DNA from: Gammaproteobacteria bacterium
GTDB lineage: Bacteria > Pseudomonadota > Gammaproteobacteria > CBDBNL01 > JAAOII01
NCBI GenBank assembly: GCA_965207705.1
Contig: OZ242292.1
Span: 1,637,276 to 1,701,275 of the forward strand
Direction of reading: 5' to 3'
DNA length: 64,000 nucleotides
In this document: positions 48,849 through 59,509 of the stretch, piece by piece
Layout of the letters: every line of letters begins with the position of its first letter
Position numbering within the stretch: the first letter of the stretch is position 1
Notes under the pieces: generated by a model
Told to the model about the DNA's origin: nothing
The model's database searches: none
Seen by the model: only the letters and a program-made list of their open reading frames with translations
Position numbers and translations under genes: made by a program

Positions 48849-50041
48849 TTTCGGTGGTAGAGGTTATTTTCTTGGTATATTAGCTGGCTCAGTTCAAGCT
48901 CAATCAGCGCCGAGTTGATACTACTGACTGGTTCTTTAGTAAGTTCAGCTAACTGGTCTGCATATAAGGGTCCTTTATCCAAGACCAGGAGTATCTGCTG
49001 ACTGACGCCAGGCAGCCCCTCAGGATGCTTGCCAGGATGCCCATCGGGCGGTTTGCCAGGATGCTCATCAGCTGCTCCCGAAGCCACCTCCTCAAATAAA
49101 CCCCCAGATAATTCGCCACTCTGGCTACTTCTCGCAGTTCCTCCCCCAGCATCATTCCTTGCTGCACTCCCAACACTTCCAGCCAGCTGATACTTAATTG
49201 CCATTCCATAGCTTTGATACACTGGCTCCAGATGCTTGATTATATCTTGGTGATTTGTGGTTAGATTAGCGCCATCTTGTATCATCTTGTTGGTGCCTTC
49301 AGATAATGGCGAGCGAATAGAACCAGGTATGGCAAAAACCTCGCGCCCCTGCTCAGCGGCGAGCCGCGCCGTTATCATAGCGCCGCTTGCCAAGCCGGCT
49401 TCCACTACCAGCAACCCGAGTGTAATCCCACTAATGATTCTGTTGCGTTGAGGAAAGTTTTGTCTAAGCGGTTGCACAGAGCGCGGAAAGATTGAAACAA
49501 TAGCCCCGCCATTATCAACTATTTTGTTGGCAAGGGTGTGATGGGCGCGCGGATAGGTTATATCAATACCAGTCCCTATAATCGCAATTGTTTTGCCTCT
49601 TTTATCTAATGAATTAATATGAGCAGTCGCGTCTATGCCATAAGCCAAGCCACTTACAATGCAGATGCCATAGTCCGCCAGAGACGAGCTAAACGCAGCA
49701 GCATTCTGGACGCCTTCACGCGTGGGCTTGCGTGAGCCAACTATGCCAAAAAGCGGGAAACGTAAAAGCGTAGGGTCGCCGCGCACAAAAAGAAGCGCCG
49801 GCGCTCCTTTAGTTTGTTTTAGTAAGACAGGGTAGCGCTCATCTTCATAAGATATAAGATGATTATGCGGGCTGCTTTGCTCCCAGCAAAGATCCTGTTG
49901 GATAGTTGCGGCTAAGTAATCCTTATCCGCGGAAGATGAATATTGAGGTAAATCCTGCGACGGATAAGCCAAAGCCCGCGCCGCAGTAATACCGCAATGA
50001 AAGTAAGTTAGCCAATCCTCTATTGGTATTGGCGTTGGCAC
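48845..50041 (-). CDS. dprA: DNA processing protein DprA (Smf)
   Basis: Rossmann-like DprA core (GIVGSRKPT, SGLAYGIDATAH, GREVFAIPGS) and a C-terminal DML1-like winged-helix domain. A low-complexity insert HPGKPPDGHPGKHPEGLPG is present. Confidence 0.88.
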   Translation of the reverse strand: MPTPIPIEDWLTYFHCGITAARALAYPSQDLPQYSSSADKDYLAATIQQDLCWEQSSPHNHLISYEDERYPVLLKQTKGAPALLFVRGDPTLLRFPLFGIVGSRKPTREGVQNAAAFSSSLADYGICIVSGLAYGIDATAHINSLDKRGKTIAIIGTGIDITYPRAHHTLANKIVDNGGAIVSIFPRSVQPLRQNFPQRNRIISGITLGLLVVEAGLASGAMITARLAAEQGREVFAIPGSIRSPLSEGTNKMIQDGANLTTNHQDIIKHLEPVYQSYGMAIKYQLAGSVGSAARNDAGGGTARSSQSGELSGGLFEEVASGAADEHPGKPPDGHPGKHPEGLPGVSQQILLVLDKGPLYADQLAELTKEPVSSINSALIELELSQLIYQENNLYHRN

Positions 50042-50046
50042 CGCAG

Positions 50047-50628
50047 CTATTTTAACAAGCTAGCGACAATTTCCCAATTAACTATATTCCAGATTGATTT
50101 AAGATATTCAGGACGCCTATTACGATAATCTACATAATAAGCATGTTCCCAAACATCTACTCCGAAAAGAGCATTCTTGCCATGCCTCAACGGGTTATCT
50201 GCATTTGAGCAGCTCATAAGTTCGAGCCCGCCCTTATCATTTTGAGCTAGCCATGCCCAGCCAGAACCAAAAGTATTGGCTCCGCATAGCTCAAATTGTT
50301 CTTTAAACTTATCAAAAGAACCGAAGTCAGAATTAATCAACTCAAGTAATTTTGTTGGCGGTTCGCCGCCGCCATTAGGGCTTAGCAGCTGCCAGAACAT
50401 AGAGTGATTCCAGTGTTGTCCTCCGTTATTAAACATAGGACCATCAGGACACTTACGCACAATATCATCCAATGATGCATCTGCAAATTCTGTGCCTTTG
50501 ATAAGGTCGTTTAGTTTAGTTACGTAGGTTTGATGATGTTTGCTGTGATGAAGAGTCATCGTCTCTTCAGAGATATGAGGAGCTAATGCTCCATAATCAT
50601 AATCCAATTTAGGTAATGTATGTTCCAT
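50047..50628 (-). CDS. sodB: Fe/Mn superoxide dismutase
   Basis: 193 aa, collinear with Fe-SOD (LPKLDYDYGALAPHIS, metal ligands His and Asp in DVWEHAYY). Confidence 0.95.
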   Translation of the reverse strand: MEHTLPKLDYDYGALAPHISEETMTLHHSKHHQTYVTKLNDLIKGTEFADASLDDIVRKCPDGPMFNNGGQHWNHSMFWQLLSPNGGGEPPTKLLELINSDFGSFDKFKEQFELCGANTFGSGWAWLAQNDKGGLELMSCSNADNPLRHGKNALFGVDVWEHAYYVDYRNRRPEYLKSIWNIVNWEIVASLLK

Positions 50629-50680
50629 TTCGTATATTCTGTAAAATTAAATATTGTAGCCCATTATAGCATAATAAGAA

Positions 50681-51430
50681 TTAGTGGGCGAGAATTTGTT
50701 CCAAGAATAGCTTAGTCCTATCACTTTTTGGTTTCTCAAAGAATTGCTTAGGCGGGCTTGACTCCACAATCTCGCCTTTATCCATAAAGATAATACAATC
50801 GGCAACTCGGCGGGCAAATCCCATCTCATGGGTTACTACAACCATAGTCATTCCTTCATCCGCAAGCTCTATCATTACGTCCAACACCTCGGAAATCATT
50901 TCGGGGTCTAACGCAGATGTCGGCTCATCAAACAGCATGACATTTGGATTCATACATAAGCTGCGCGCTATTGCAACCCTTTGTTGCTGCCCTCCAGACA
51001 ATTGACCAGGATACTTATCGGCTTGCTCGGGTATCTTCACCCGTTCCAAAAACTTCATTGCAGTCATTTCTGCCTCCTTCTTGGACTCTTTGCGCACCCA
51101 TATAGGCGCCAGGGTTAGATTCTCCATAATAGTTAAATGGGGAAAAAGATTGAAATGCTGAAACACCATCCCCACCTCGCGTCTCACCATATCAATATTC
51201 TTAATATCATCGGTCAACTTTATGCCATCAACCATTATTGTGCCGGACTGATGTTCTTCCAGTTTGTTTATGCATCTTATGAGGGTTGACTTACCCGAGC
51301 CAGAAGGACCGCAGATAACTATCTTCTCTCCTTTTCTAACCGTCATATTTACGTCTCGCAGAACGTGCAATTCGCCAAACCATTTGTTCAAATTGACGAT
51401 TTCTATAATATTCTCTTGTGATTTTTTCAT
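50681..51430 (-). CDS. aapP: polar amino acid ABC transporter ATP-binding protein (AapP/GlnQ type)
   Basis: Walker [10 protein letters not shown], signature LSGGQQQR, Walker B LFDEP, and H-loop. Confidence 0.9.
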   Translation of the reverse strand: MKKSQENIIEIVNLNKWFGELHVLRDVNMTVRKGEKIVICGPSGSGKSTLIRCINKLEEHQSGTIMVDGIKLTDDIKNIDMVRREVGMVFQHFNLFPHLTIMENLTLAPIWVRKESKKEAEMTAMKFLERVKIPEQADKYPGQLSGGQQQRVAIARSLCMNPNVMLFDEPTSALDPEMISEVLDVMIELADEGMTMVVVTHEMGFARRVADCIIFMDKGEIVESSPPKQFFEKPKSDRTKLFLEQILAH

Positions 51431-51465
51431 AATAATAATTCTCTTAGTTAATTTTGCTAATTTAG

Positions 51466-52581
51466 CTACTTGTTTTGTCGCGTGGATAGCTTACGTTCTA
51501 TTGCTTGGCTGTAACGCGACATGGCGAAGCAACAAATCCAGAACACCAATGCGGCGAAAGCAAGCCCTTCAATGGCATATTTCAACCACTCGGGGTTGCG
51601 CGTTGCGCCATAAGAGGAGTGCAATAAATCCCACATGCCTATGATGTATACCAATGAAGTATCTTTGAATAAGGCAATTAAAGTGTTCACTATTCCAGGG
51701 ATAACTAAGCGTAATGCTTGAGGCAAAATAATCATGGATGTTTTTTTCCAGTAAGTGAGCCCTAAAGCATCTGCCGCCTCATATTGCCCTTTGTCTATGG
51801 CTTGTAAACCGCCGCGAATTACCTCCGCCATATAAGCGGATTGAAATAGGGTGATGCCTATAAGAGCGCGCGCCAATTTATCAAAATCTGTTCCTTCAGG
51901 AAAGAATAAAGGAAGCATAACCGATGCCATAAATAGCACGGTGATGAGCGGAACTCCGCGCCAGAACTCAATAAAAATAATACAAACCATTTTGATAAGC
52001 GGCATATTATCTGCGCGCCTACCAAGTGCTAATGCAATACCAATAGGTAAAGAGGCAACCATTCCCACACTGGCAAGCACTATCGTTAGCATAAATCCGC
52101 CCCATCTATCGGTGGGTATTACTGGGTCAAGCAGCTTTATGCCGAATAATGAACCATGGATAATGGCGTAAGAAAACACTGGAAAGATGACCAGCAGAGT
52201 AACTCCCAAGTACATCTTTATCTTAACCGGAATAATCTTGAGGAAGAGGGGAATCGCTAAGAGGACTCCAATCAAGCCCGCTAAAGTGGGACGCCATACA
52301 AAATCCTGCGGATAGAAGCCGAAACTTATAAACAGGAAGTTTTGTTTAATAAACACCCAACAGGCGCCTGATTTAACGCAATCTTCTCCAGTGGTGCCGC
52401 TCCAGTTGGCATTTACCAGCCCCCAGGAAATGACATTATAAAATATAGTATATAGAAGCCATGCTCCAATTAGAGTAAGCACTATGTTCAATGGTGATGA
52501 AAAAAGATTACGATAAGCCCAACCAACAGGACCTTGGTTGGTTTGTAATCTCATTATCAAAGTTCTTTTGTTATTTTCCAT
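51466..52581 (-). CDS. aapM: general L-amino acid ABC transporter permease (AapM type)
   Basis: 371 aa His/Glu/Gln/Arg/opine-family permease with the conserved EAA-like loop. Confidence 0.85.
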   Translation of the reverse strand: MENNKRTLIMRLQTNQGPVGWAYRNLFSSPLNIVLTLIGAWLLYTIFYNVISWGLVNANWSGTTGEDCVKSGACWVFIKQNFLFISFGFYPQDFVWRPTLAGLIGVLLAIPLFLKIIPVKIKMYLGVTLLVIFPVFSYAIIHGSLFGIKLLDPVIPTDRWGGFMLTIVLASVGMVASLPIGIALALGRRADNMPLIKMVCIIFIEFWRGVPLITVLFMASVMLPLFFPEGTDFDKLARALIGITLFQSAYMAEVIRGGLQAIDKGQYEAADALGLTYWKKTSMIILPQALRLVIPGIVNTLIALFKDTSLVYIIGMWDLLHSSYGATRNPEWLKYAIEGLAFAALVFWICCFAMSRYSQAIERKLSTRQNK

Positions 52582-52585
52582 AATA

Positions 52586-53794
52586 TTACCTTTCTATTAT
52601 TGCTACTTTCTTGTTATACAAATTCATCAAGGCAGAGGTTGATAAACTAAGTATTAGATACACCAACATAGTCATGGCGATTATCTCCACCGCCTTGCCT
52701 GTTTGATTGAGGGCGGTTCCCGCAAAAACAGCGACTAAATCTGGATAACCTATCGCAGTTGCCAAAGATGAGTTTTTAGTCAGGTTGAGATACTGACTTG
52801 TTTGTGGCGGGATTATCACTCTCAGCGCTTGCGGAATAATCACCAAACGCAAAGTTTGCCAGCGATTTAATCCCAACGAATATGATGCCTCGGTTTGTCC
52901 ATGAGACACTGCCAACACGCCGCCTCTGATATTCTCTGCTATGAATGCCGCAGTGTATATTGATAAAGCAAACACCAATGCGGTAAGCTCAGGTATAAGG
53001 TTTAACCCACCCTTGTAGCTAAATTTATCTGCCACTGGCATTTCAAAAAAGAGAGGAGTAGCCAGAGCAAAATATGCTATTAGCGGCAAGGATACCAAAA
53101 TTCCTAAGACGGGGAGGGCGATTGGCAATTGTTTGCCTGTTGCTGCTTGCACCCGTTTTGCCCGACGTCTGTATATTATTGATATGACTATGCTAATTGC
53201 CAATGCGGCAACTATATAAATAAAACCGCTTTCTATGATGGGTTGCGGAAAGAATAACCCCTTTTTATTAAGAACCACAGCGCCATTGAACAGGGTGCCA
53301 CTTTCTTGAACGTGCGGCAGAAAGGGAATCAGAATTGCAAAATACCAGAACATTATCTGCAATAGCAAGGGAATATTACGAAAAATTTCAATATACATAT
53401 TCGCCAGCTGTGATATTAACCAGTTACTGGAAAGACGAGCTAACCCGACAACAAGCCCAATAATAGTTGCAAATATTATCCCTAAAACGCTTATTAGAAT
53501 CGTATTCAGCAACCCGATAAAGAAGGTGGTGGCATAAGAGCTTACTCCTGTTTTATATTCAATAAAAGGACTAAAGAGTATGGGAAATCCTGCCTCAAGC
53601 CCAAGAAAGCGAAAGCCAGTTTGTATCCCTCTTTTATCCATATTATGGAGAGTGTTGTTGAATATAGACCAGAAAAAGAACAGGACTATAGCAATCAAAA
53701 TTATTTGATAAAACAATCCACGCAATCTTTTATTGCGATAAAAAGGAGTGCTGCTATCAAATAATTTAGTGTTGCTTATTTTGTTAAGTTTCAT
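52586..53794 (-). CDS. aapQ: general L-amino acid ABC transporter permease (AapQ type)
   Basis: 402 aa polar-amino-acid permease family protein in J-Q-M-P gene order. Confidence 0.85.
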   Translation of the reverse strand: MKLNKISNTKLFDSSTPFYRNKRLRGLFYQIILIAIVLFFFWSIFNNTLHNMDKRGIQTGFRFLGLEAGFPILFSPFIEYKTGVSSYATTFFIGLLNTILISVLGIIFATIIGLVVGLARLSSNWLISQLANMYIEIFRNIPLLLQIMFWYFAILIPFLPHVQESGTLFNGAVVLNKKGLFFPQPIIESGFIYIVAALAISIVISIIYRRRAKRVQAATGKQLPIALPVLGILVSLPLIAYFALATPLFFEMPVADKFSYKGGLNLIPELTALVFALSIYTAAFIAENIRGGVLAVSHGQTEASYSLGLNRWQTLRLVIIPQALRVIIPPQTSQYLNLTKNSSLATAIGYPDLVAVFAGTALNQTGKAVEIIAMTMLVYLILSLSTSALMNLYNKKVAIIER

Positions 53795-53941
53795 AACTTA
53801 CTTATGCTTATTTTATTAAGTTTCATACTAAATTATTTTGTTAGATAAAAAAACAAGGGCTGCTGTATTGCGACAAAATTGCGACAAAATTGTGGCAAGA
53901 TTGTAACAGAGCAGCCCCCGTTTATATCATATTAGAAAATA

Positions 53942-55003
53942 TTATCTAATAGGAGGCGCATACATTATGCCGCCTCTGCTCCATAGAGCATTTACGCCGC
54001 GAGGTAATTCCAAAGCGGAATCTGCTCCAACATTTCTGTCAAACATCTCGCCATAGTTGCCAACTTGGCTAACTATGTTATAGCCCCAATCATCACTAAG
54101 ATCTATGCCTTTGCCTGTTTCACCTTCGGTGCCTAACAAACGTCTAACATTAGGGTTATCACTGTCGCTTCTCAAAGAGTCAACATTATATGAGTCAATG
54201 TCATATTCTTCGGCATTTACCAAAGCATACATTACCCACTTAACCACATTAAACCAAGCGTCATCGCCTTGGCGAACAACTGGTCCTAATGGTTCTTTTG
54301 AGATAACTTGACCTAAGATTTCAGCGCTACTTGGGTCAGCAAGCTGTGTTCTGATGGCAGCCAGCTGAGATGTATCACTTGTGAGAACTTCGCATCTTCC
54401 TGTATCAAAACCTTCTTTGGTTTGCACGGAAGTATCATAAGTTATGGCATTATATTCCATGTTATTAACGCGAAAGTAATCAGCTAAGTTAAGCTCAGTA
54501 GTTGTCCCTGCTTGGATGCATACGGAAGCGCCATCAAGTTCAAGCGCATCATCAACTCCAAGAGATGTTTTAACCAAAAATCCTTGGCCATCATAGTAGT
54601 TAACACCAGCGAAGTTAATTCCCAATGTGGAATCACGGGTTATCGTCCAGGTGGTGTTACGGACTAGAACGTCTATTTCACCAGAAGCCAAAGCGGTGAA
54701 TCTTTCTTTGGCAGTCAATGCAACAAAGTTTACTTTGTCAGCATCACCAAGAACAGCAGCTGCTATAGCGCGGCAAGTATCGGCATCTAAGCCAGACATT
54801 CTGCCATTGGAATCAGGAGCTGAAAAACCGGGCAGACCACCGTCTACACCGCAGATTAAAGTTCCTCTTTCTCTAACAAGATCCAAAGTTCCTGTTGCTT
54901 CGGCTGCTTCTTCACCTGCTTGTTGTTTTGGCGCGCAGCCAATTACAAAGGCGGCGGTAACAACGCTAAGAAGCAAACCTTTTGTTAGTTTATTTATATT
55001 CAT
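53942..55003 (-). CDS. aapJ: general L-amino acid-binding periplasmic protein (AapJ type)
   Basis: 353 aa with a lipoprotein-like signal (VIGCAP) and a family-3 SBP fold. Confidence 0.85.
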   Translation of the reverse strand: MNINKLTKGLLLSVVTAAFVIGCAPKQQAGEEAAEATGTLDLVRERGTLICGVDGGLPGFSAPDSNGRMSGLDADTCRAIAAAVLGDADKVNFVALTAKERFTALASGEIDVLVRNTTWTITRDSTLGINFAGVNYYDGQGFLVKTSLGVDDALELDGASVCIQAGTTTELNLADYFRVNNMEYNAITYDTSVQTKEGFDTGRCEVLTSDTSQLAAIRTQLADPSSAEILGQVISKEPLGPVVRQGDDAWFNVVKWVMYALVNAEEYDIDSYNVDSLRSDSDNPNVRRLLGTEGETGKGIDLSDDWGYNIVSQVGNYGEMFDRNVGADSALELPRGVNALWSRGGIMYAPPIR

Positions 55004-55324
55004 AACTAATTTTATGGTTGATATAAAAATAAGATGATTATTTACTTAGTTCTGCTATCAATAGTAAACAGTTAATAAGTAACATACACATCATTCTTTA
55101 TACTAAGTATTGCCTCAATCAAACTCGTATAACTCTCTTACGAGTTATGAGTAAGATTCAAGCCCCACTAGTATTCATTTACGCAGTATTTACGTACCAC
55201 ATAATTATAGCATAACGAATAAGTTATAGAATATTAAAAGAACTTAACTTTCATATATCTATTATTCCGTTTTATAATAAACACTGCTATATAAGCAGCG
55301 GGATAAGCAGCGGGAGCAAGCAAA

Positions 55325-55398
55325 CGGGGTATAGCGCAGCTTGGTAGCGCGCCTGCTTCGGAAGCAGGAGGTCGTAAGTTCAAATCTTGCTACCCCGA
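55325..55398 (+). tRNA. tRNA-Pro (anticodon CGG)
   Basis: Acceptor stem CGGGGTA/TACCCCG, D-arm GCGC-AGCTTGGTA-GCGC, anticodon stem CCTGC/GCAGG with loop TTCGGAA, T-arm GTAAG-TTCAAAT-CTTGC, and discriminator A. CCA is not encoded. Confidence 0.85.
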
Positions 55399-55437
55399 AT
55401 TTTGATTTTATTAACTTATATATAGTAGAGGTAAATT

Positions 55438-55911
55438 ATGAAAGGAGATAAAGAAGTCATATTAATGCTGAATAATTCTTTGAGCGGAGAATTGTTTGCA
55501 ATAAATCAGTATATGCTACATCATAGCATTTTAGAAAATATAGGTCATCCTAAACTGGGTGAGCTTATAAAAAAGCAGGCAATTGACGAGATGCGTCACG
55601 CAGAGAAGCTTATTGGCAGAATATTATTTTTGGATGGTGACCCACTTATGGGTTCTAACGAAGAATGTAAGCTGGAGAAAGAACCGCCGGCGATATTGGA
55701 GACGCAGCTCAAACTTGAGCAATCTGCAATTGATATGTATCGTCAAGCGGCGGGTGTAGCTGATAAGGCGAATGACTATGTAACTCGCGCCCTATTTGAA
55801 GAAATTCTTGCTGAAGAAGAATTACATTATGATTGGCTGGAAACTCAGTTGGGCTTAATCAAACGACTGGGCTTTGCCCATTATGAAGCATCACTTAGCG
55901 CTTCGCTATAG
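55438..55911 (+). CDS. bfr: bacterioferritin
   Basis: 157 aa with ferroxidase-centre ligands and heme-binding Met (LNNSLSGELFAINQYMLHH ... DEMRHAEKLIGRILFLDG). Confidence 0.93.
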   Translation: MKGDKEVILMLNNSLSGELFAINQYMLHHSILENIGHPKLGELIKKQAIDEMRHAEKLIGRILFLDGDPLMGSNEECKLEKEPPAILETQLKLEQSAIDMYRQAAGVADKANDYVTRALFEEILAEEELHYDWLETQLGLIKRLGFAHYEASLSASL

Positions 55912-55973
55912 TTGTAATCAAGCTTTAATAGGGCTGAATTTGTAATCTGAATCTGTAATATAGCTTAACTAAC

Positions 55974-56177
55974 ATGACAGGCGATTTTGTAGAAGCAGTT
56001 AATCTTGCTGCAGCAGGACTTACTTATGTATTTATATTTTTAGGAGTTTTAATTCTCCTATTAATGACATCATCATGGGTTTTTTCCTTTTTTAATAAAG
56101 AAGCAGCAGAGGAAGATGAACTACAGCTAGCAGCTGTAACTGCGGCAGTGCAACATCATAAAATATCAAAGAAGTAA
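55974..56177 (+). CDS. oadG: oxaloacetate decarboxylase gamma subunit
   Basis: 67 aa single-TM protein immediately upstream of oadA. Confidence 0.65.
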   Translation: MTGDFVEAVNLAAAGLTYVFIFLGVLILLLMTSSWVFSFFNKEAAEEDELQLAAVTAAVQHHKISKK

Positions 56178-56185
56178 CAATTAAC

Positions 56186-58117
56186 ATGAACTCCCATAAA
56201 AGTAATTCGCAGCAGGGTCAGCAACAGCACCCGATAAAACACCCGCAAAAACACAAAGTATCTATAACTGAATTAGTATTTCGCGACGGGCATCAATCAC
56301 TGCTTGCCACCAGAATGCGTCTGGATGATATGTTGCCTATAGCTGATGCGCTGGATAAAATCGGCTATTGGTCTATGGAATCCTGGGGCGGGGCGACTTT
56401 TGATTCTTGTATTAGGTTTTTAGGCGAAGACCCGTGGGATAGAATCCGCCAAATAAGCAAGGCGATGCCAAACACCCCACAGCAGATGCTATTGCGCGGA
56501 CAAAATATTCTGGGCTATCGTCATTATGCCAATGATGTTGTGCGTAAGTTTGTTGAACGTTCTGTGGCAAACGGCGTCAAGGTTTTTCGTGTATTTGATG
56601 CATTGAATGATTTGCGCAACCTTGAGACGGCTATTAAAGCAGTGTTGGAGTTTGAAGGGCATGCCCAAGGGACACTTTCTTATACCATTAGTCCTGTTCA
56701 TACTTTAGACACTTGGGTTAAGCAAGCAAAAGACCTTGAAGGGCTGGGGGTTAACTCCATCGCCATTAAGGATATGTCTGGGTTGCTAACCCCATACACC
56801 GCCTATGAACTGGTGAAGAAAATAAAAAGCGCCACTCAATTAAGAGTGCATATTCACTGCCACGCCACTACTGGATTATCCACTGCAACCGCAGTTAAGG
56901 CAATTGAAGCAGGGGCTGATACCATAGATACTTCCATCGCCTCAATGAGCATGACTTATGGACACACGGCAACAGAATCAATGGTGGCTATCTTGCAAGG
57001 GACTCCTTATGATACAGGGCTGGATATTGACAAACTTATTGAAATAAGCGATTACTTTCGTCCCGTGCGTAAAAAATATGCCAAGTTTGAGGGCGCCTTA
57101 AAAGGAGTGGACCCGCGCATCTTGGTGGCGCAGGTACCAGGCGGAATGCTCACCAACATGGAAAATCAATTGCGCGAGCAAAATATGTCTGATAAGATTG
57201 ATGAGGTTTTACAAGAAATTCCCAAAGTCCGCAAGGAGCTTGGCTATGTTCCTTTGGTTACCCCAGCATCTCAGATAGTGGGAGCGCAGGCGATAATGAA
57301 TGTTATGAGCGGTGAGAGATATAAAACCATAACCAAAGAAACCGCCGGTATATTTAAGGGCGAATATGGCAAGACCCCAGCAGCAGTGGATGAAGCGCTG
57401 CAAAAGAGAATCTTGGACGGAGAGGAAGTGTCTCCTTATGACCCAGCAGGCAAGAAGGATGAGCTAGCCCAGCTTACCGCTGAATTAAAGGCGGAAGCAA
57501 AAAGTGGAGGGTTTGCGCTGGCAAAAAATGAGATTGATGATGTGTTGGCTTTTGCCTTATTCCCGCAAGTTGCCCTAAAGTATTTTAACAATCGTGATAA
57601 TCCCGCCGCTTTTGAGGCAGTGCCGCAAGAGGGCGAGACAAGCGCGGCAGGCGCGGCAGGAGATGGAGGCGAGGGCGCGGCTACAGCGTCAGCATCATCC
57701 CCAACATCATCAATGCCCGCCACCTATAGGGTTAAGGTTAACAACAAAGAGTTTATGGTGGAAGTTGATGCTGCAGGTGGATCCATAGATGGCAAATCTA
57801 TCAAACCTACTGGAGAAGCAAGCCCCACTATGTCGGCGCCCGCCACGCCCACACCTGCTACAGCGCCAAGTCCAGTATCAGAGGCGGCATCTGGCAATGA
57901 GCAAGTAATTACCGCGCCCTTAGCTGGCAATGTATTCAAACTTGCGGTTGAACAAGGACAAGAAGTTAAAGAGGGCGATGTTTTGATGGTGCTGGAAGCA
58001 ATGAAGATGGAATCTGAAGTTCGCTCGCCTTACAATGGCAGAGTATCCAGCATCCATATTCGCCAAGGGGATAGCGTGGCAGTTGGCGCTAAGATTATGA
58101 GCTTGACTACGCAATAA
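56186..58117 (+). CDS. oadA: oxaloacetate decarboxylase alpha subunit (carboxyltransferase + biotin carboxyl carrier domain)
   Basis: An N-terminal pyruvate-carboxylase-type carboxyltransferase TIM barrel, then an Ala/Pro/Ser-rich linker, then a C-terminal biotinyl domain with EAMKME. Confidence 0.92.
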   Translation: MNSHKSNSQQGQQQHPIKHPQKHKVSITELVFRDGHQSLLATRMRLDDMLPIADALDKIGYWSMESWGGATFDSCIRFLGEDPWDRIRQISKAMPNTPQQMLLRGQNILGYRHYANDVVRKFVERSVANGVKVFRVFDALNDLRNLETAIKAVLEFEGHAQGTLSYTISPVHTLDTWVKQAKDLEGLGVNSIAIKDMSGLLTPYTAYELVKKIKSATQLRVHIHCHATTGLSTATAVKAIEAGADTIDTSIASMSMTYGHTATESMVAILQGTPYDTGLDIDKLIEISDYFRPVRKKYAKFEGALKGVDPRILVAQVPGGMLTNMENQLREQNMSDKIDEVLQEIPKVRKELGYVPLVTPASQIVGAQAIMNVMSGERYKTITKETAGIFKGEYGKTPAAVDEALQKRILDGEEVSPYDPAGKKDELAQLTAELKAEAKSGGFALAKNEIDDVLAFALFPQVALKYFNNRDNPAAFEAVPQEGETSAAGAAGDGGEGAATASASSPTSSMPATYRVKVNNKEFMVEVDAAGGSIDGKSIKPTGEASPTMSAPATPTPATAPSPVSEAASGNEQVITAPLAGNVFKLAVEQGQEVKEGDVLMVLEAMKMESEVRSPYNGRVSSIHIRQGDSVAVGAKIMSLTTQ

Positions 58118-58166
58118 TAATCCTATATATAAGCCACTAAATAGAAGCCACTAACAATCACTAAAA

Positions 58167-59297
58167 ATGGAATACGTAAACATAATCTGGGAGGGCACGG
58201 GGATACGTAGCATAACCGCAGGGCAGGGGATAATGATATTAATATGCATACTATTGCTGTATCTGGCAATATTCAAAAAGTTTGAACCCTTACTGCTGCT
58301 CCCCATTGGCTTTGGCGGCTTGCTCGCCAACGCGCCGATTATAGACATGGCAGGTCCTGGCGGAATCCTCTATTACTTTTATTCTTTTGGTATTCAAACC
58401 AGCATTTTCCCTTTGATAATTTTTATGGGCGTCGGGGCGCTAACTGATTTCTCCCCTATGTTGGCAAACCCCAAAACTCTGCTGCTTGGGGCTGCAGCTC
58501 AGTTTGGCATATTTGCCACTATGTTGGGAGCAGTAGCACTTAGTAATGTTGGCATCTTTGACTTTACGCTAAGAGAGGCGGCGGCTATTGGGATTATTGG
58601 CGGCGCTGATGGTCCCACAGCAATTTACCTCTCTAATATACTGGCGCCGGATTTATTAGGTCCCATAGCAGTTGCCGCCTATTCTTATATGGCGTTAGTG
58701 CCATTAATCCAACCGCCTATAATGCGCCTGCTAACCACTAAAAAAGAACGTGGCATAGTTATGCACCAGTTGCGTCAGGTCTCTAAGGTTGAGAGAATAA
58801 TTTTTCCTATAATCCTGCTGCTTTTGGTTATTATGTTCCTACCTGATGCCACTCCATTACTGGGAATGTTCTGCCTTGGCAATCTCATCCGTGAGAGCGG
58901 AGTGGTGGATCGCCTAAACGACACATTGCAGAACTCTTTGATTAATATAGTTACAATTTTATTAGGAATTGCTGTCGGCTCTAAACTAAGCGCCGCTGAA
59001 TTTCTGGAAGAAAGGACTATCGCTATTTTGCTATTGGGCGTTGTGGCTTTTGCTTTGGGCACTGCTATGGGAGTGCTGATGGGCAAGCTACTAAACAAGG
59101 TTAGTAAGACGCCGATTAATCCATTGATTGGCGCGGCGGGTGTTTCCGCAGTTCCAATGGCGGCGCGAGTAGCCAATAAGGTTGGCAATGAAGAAAACCC
59201 GCATAACTTTTTGCTTATGCATGCTATGGGACCAAATGTAGCGGGAGTAATTGGTTCTGCAGTTGCCGCAGGAGTTATGATAAAGTTCCTAGGGTAA
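58167..59297 (+). CDS. oadB: oxaloacetate decarboxylase beta subunit (Na+-pumping membrane subunit)
   Basis: 376 aa polytopic OAD_beta family protein completing the oadGAB operon. Confidence 0.92.
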   Translation: MEYVNIIWEGTGIRSITAGQGIMILICILLLYLAIFKKFEPLLLLPIGFGGLLANAPIIDMAGPGGILYYFYSFGIQTSIFPLIIFMGVGALTDFSPMLANPKTLLLGAAAQFGIFATMLGAVALSNVGIFDFTLREAAAIGIIGGADGPTAIYLSNILAPDLLGPIAVAAYSYMALVPLIQPPIMRLLTTKKERGIVMHQLRQVSKVERIIFPIILLLLVIMFLPDATPLLGMFCLGNLIRESGVVDRLNDTLQNSLINIVTILLGIAVGSKLSAAEFLEERTIAILLLGVVAFALGTAMGVLMGKLLNKVSKTPINPLIGAAGVSAVPMAARVANKVGNEENPHNFLLMHAMGPNVAGVIGSAVAAGVMIKFLG

Positions 59298-59317
59298 CAC
59301 TTGCGCCGTATTTATGT

Positions 59318-59450
59318 ATGCATTTTGAATTCTTGGAACGATGGTCTGTAGGGGCGGAGCTGCGCTCCGCCCGCAAGGTGCTCAATACTTGCGACACGCT
59401 ATCCCCATGCTCGCGATAACACTATTGCCATGCTCCGCCCGCAAAATGCC
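59318..59450. repeat. REP element (full core + tail, and a second core-less tail)
   Basis: GGTCTGTAGGGGCGGAGCTGCGCTCCGCCCGCAAGGTGCTCAATACTTGCGACACGCTATCCCCATGCTCGCGA followed by TGCTCCGCCCGCAAAATGCC. Its 3' end supplies the -35 TTGACT of the downstream promoter. Confidence 0.85.
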
Positions 59451-59478
59451 TTGACTTTAATTCATAATCATTTATAAT
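59451..59478 (+). promoter_or_regulatory. near-consensus sigma70 promoter (TTGACT-N16-TATAAT) upstream of GLUG lipoprotein paralog 3
   Basis: -35 at 59451-59456 and -10 at 59473-59478. The ORF-track ATG at 59477 overlaps the -10, so the lipoprotein start at 59510 is favoured. Confidence 0.55.
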
Positions 59479-59509
59479 GTTATATATGAATATATCCAGA
59501 TTTATACCA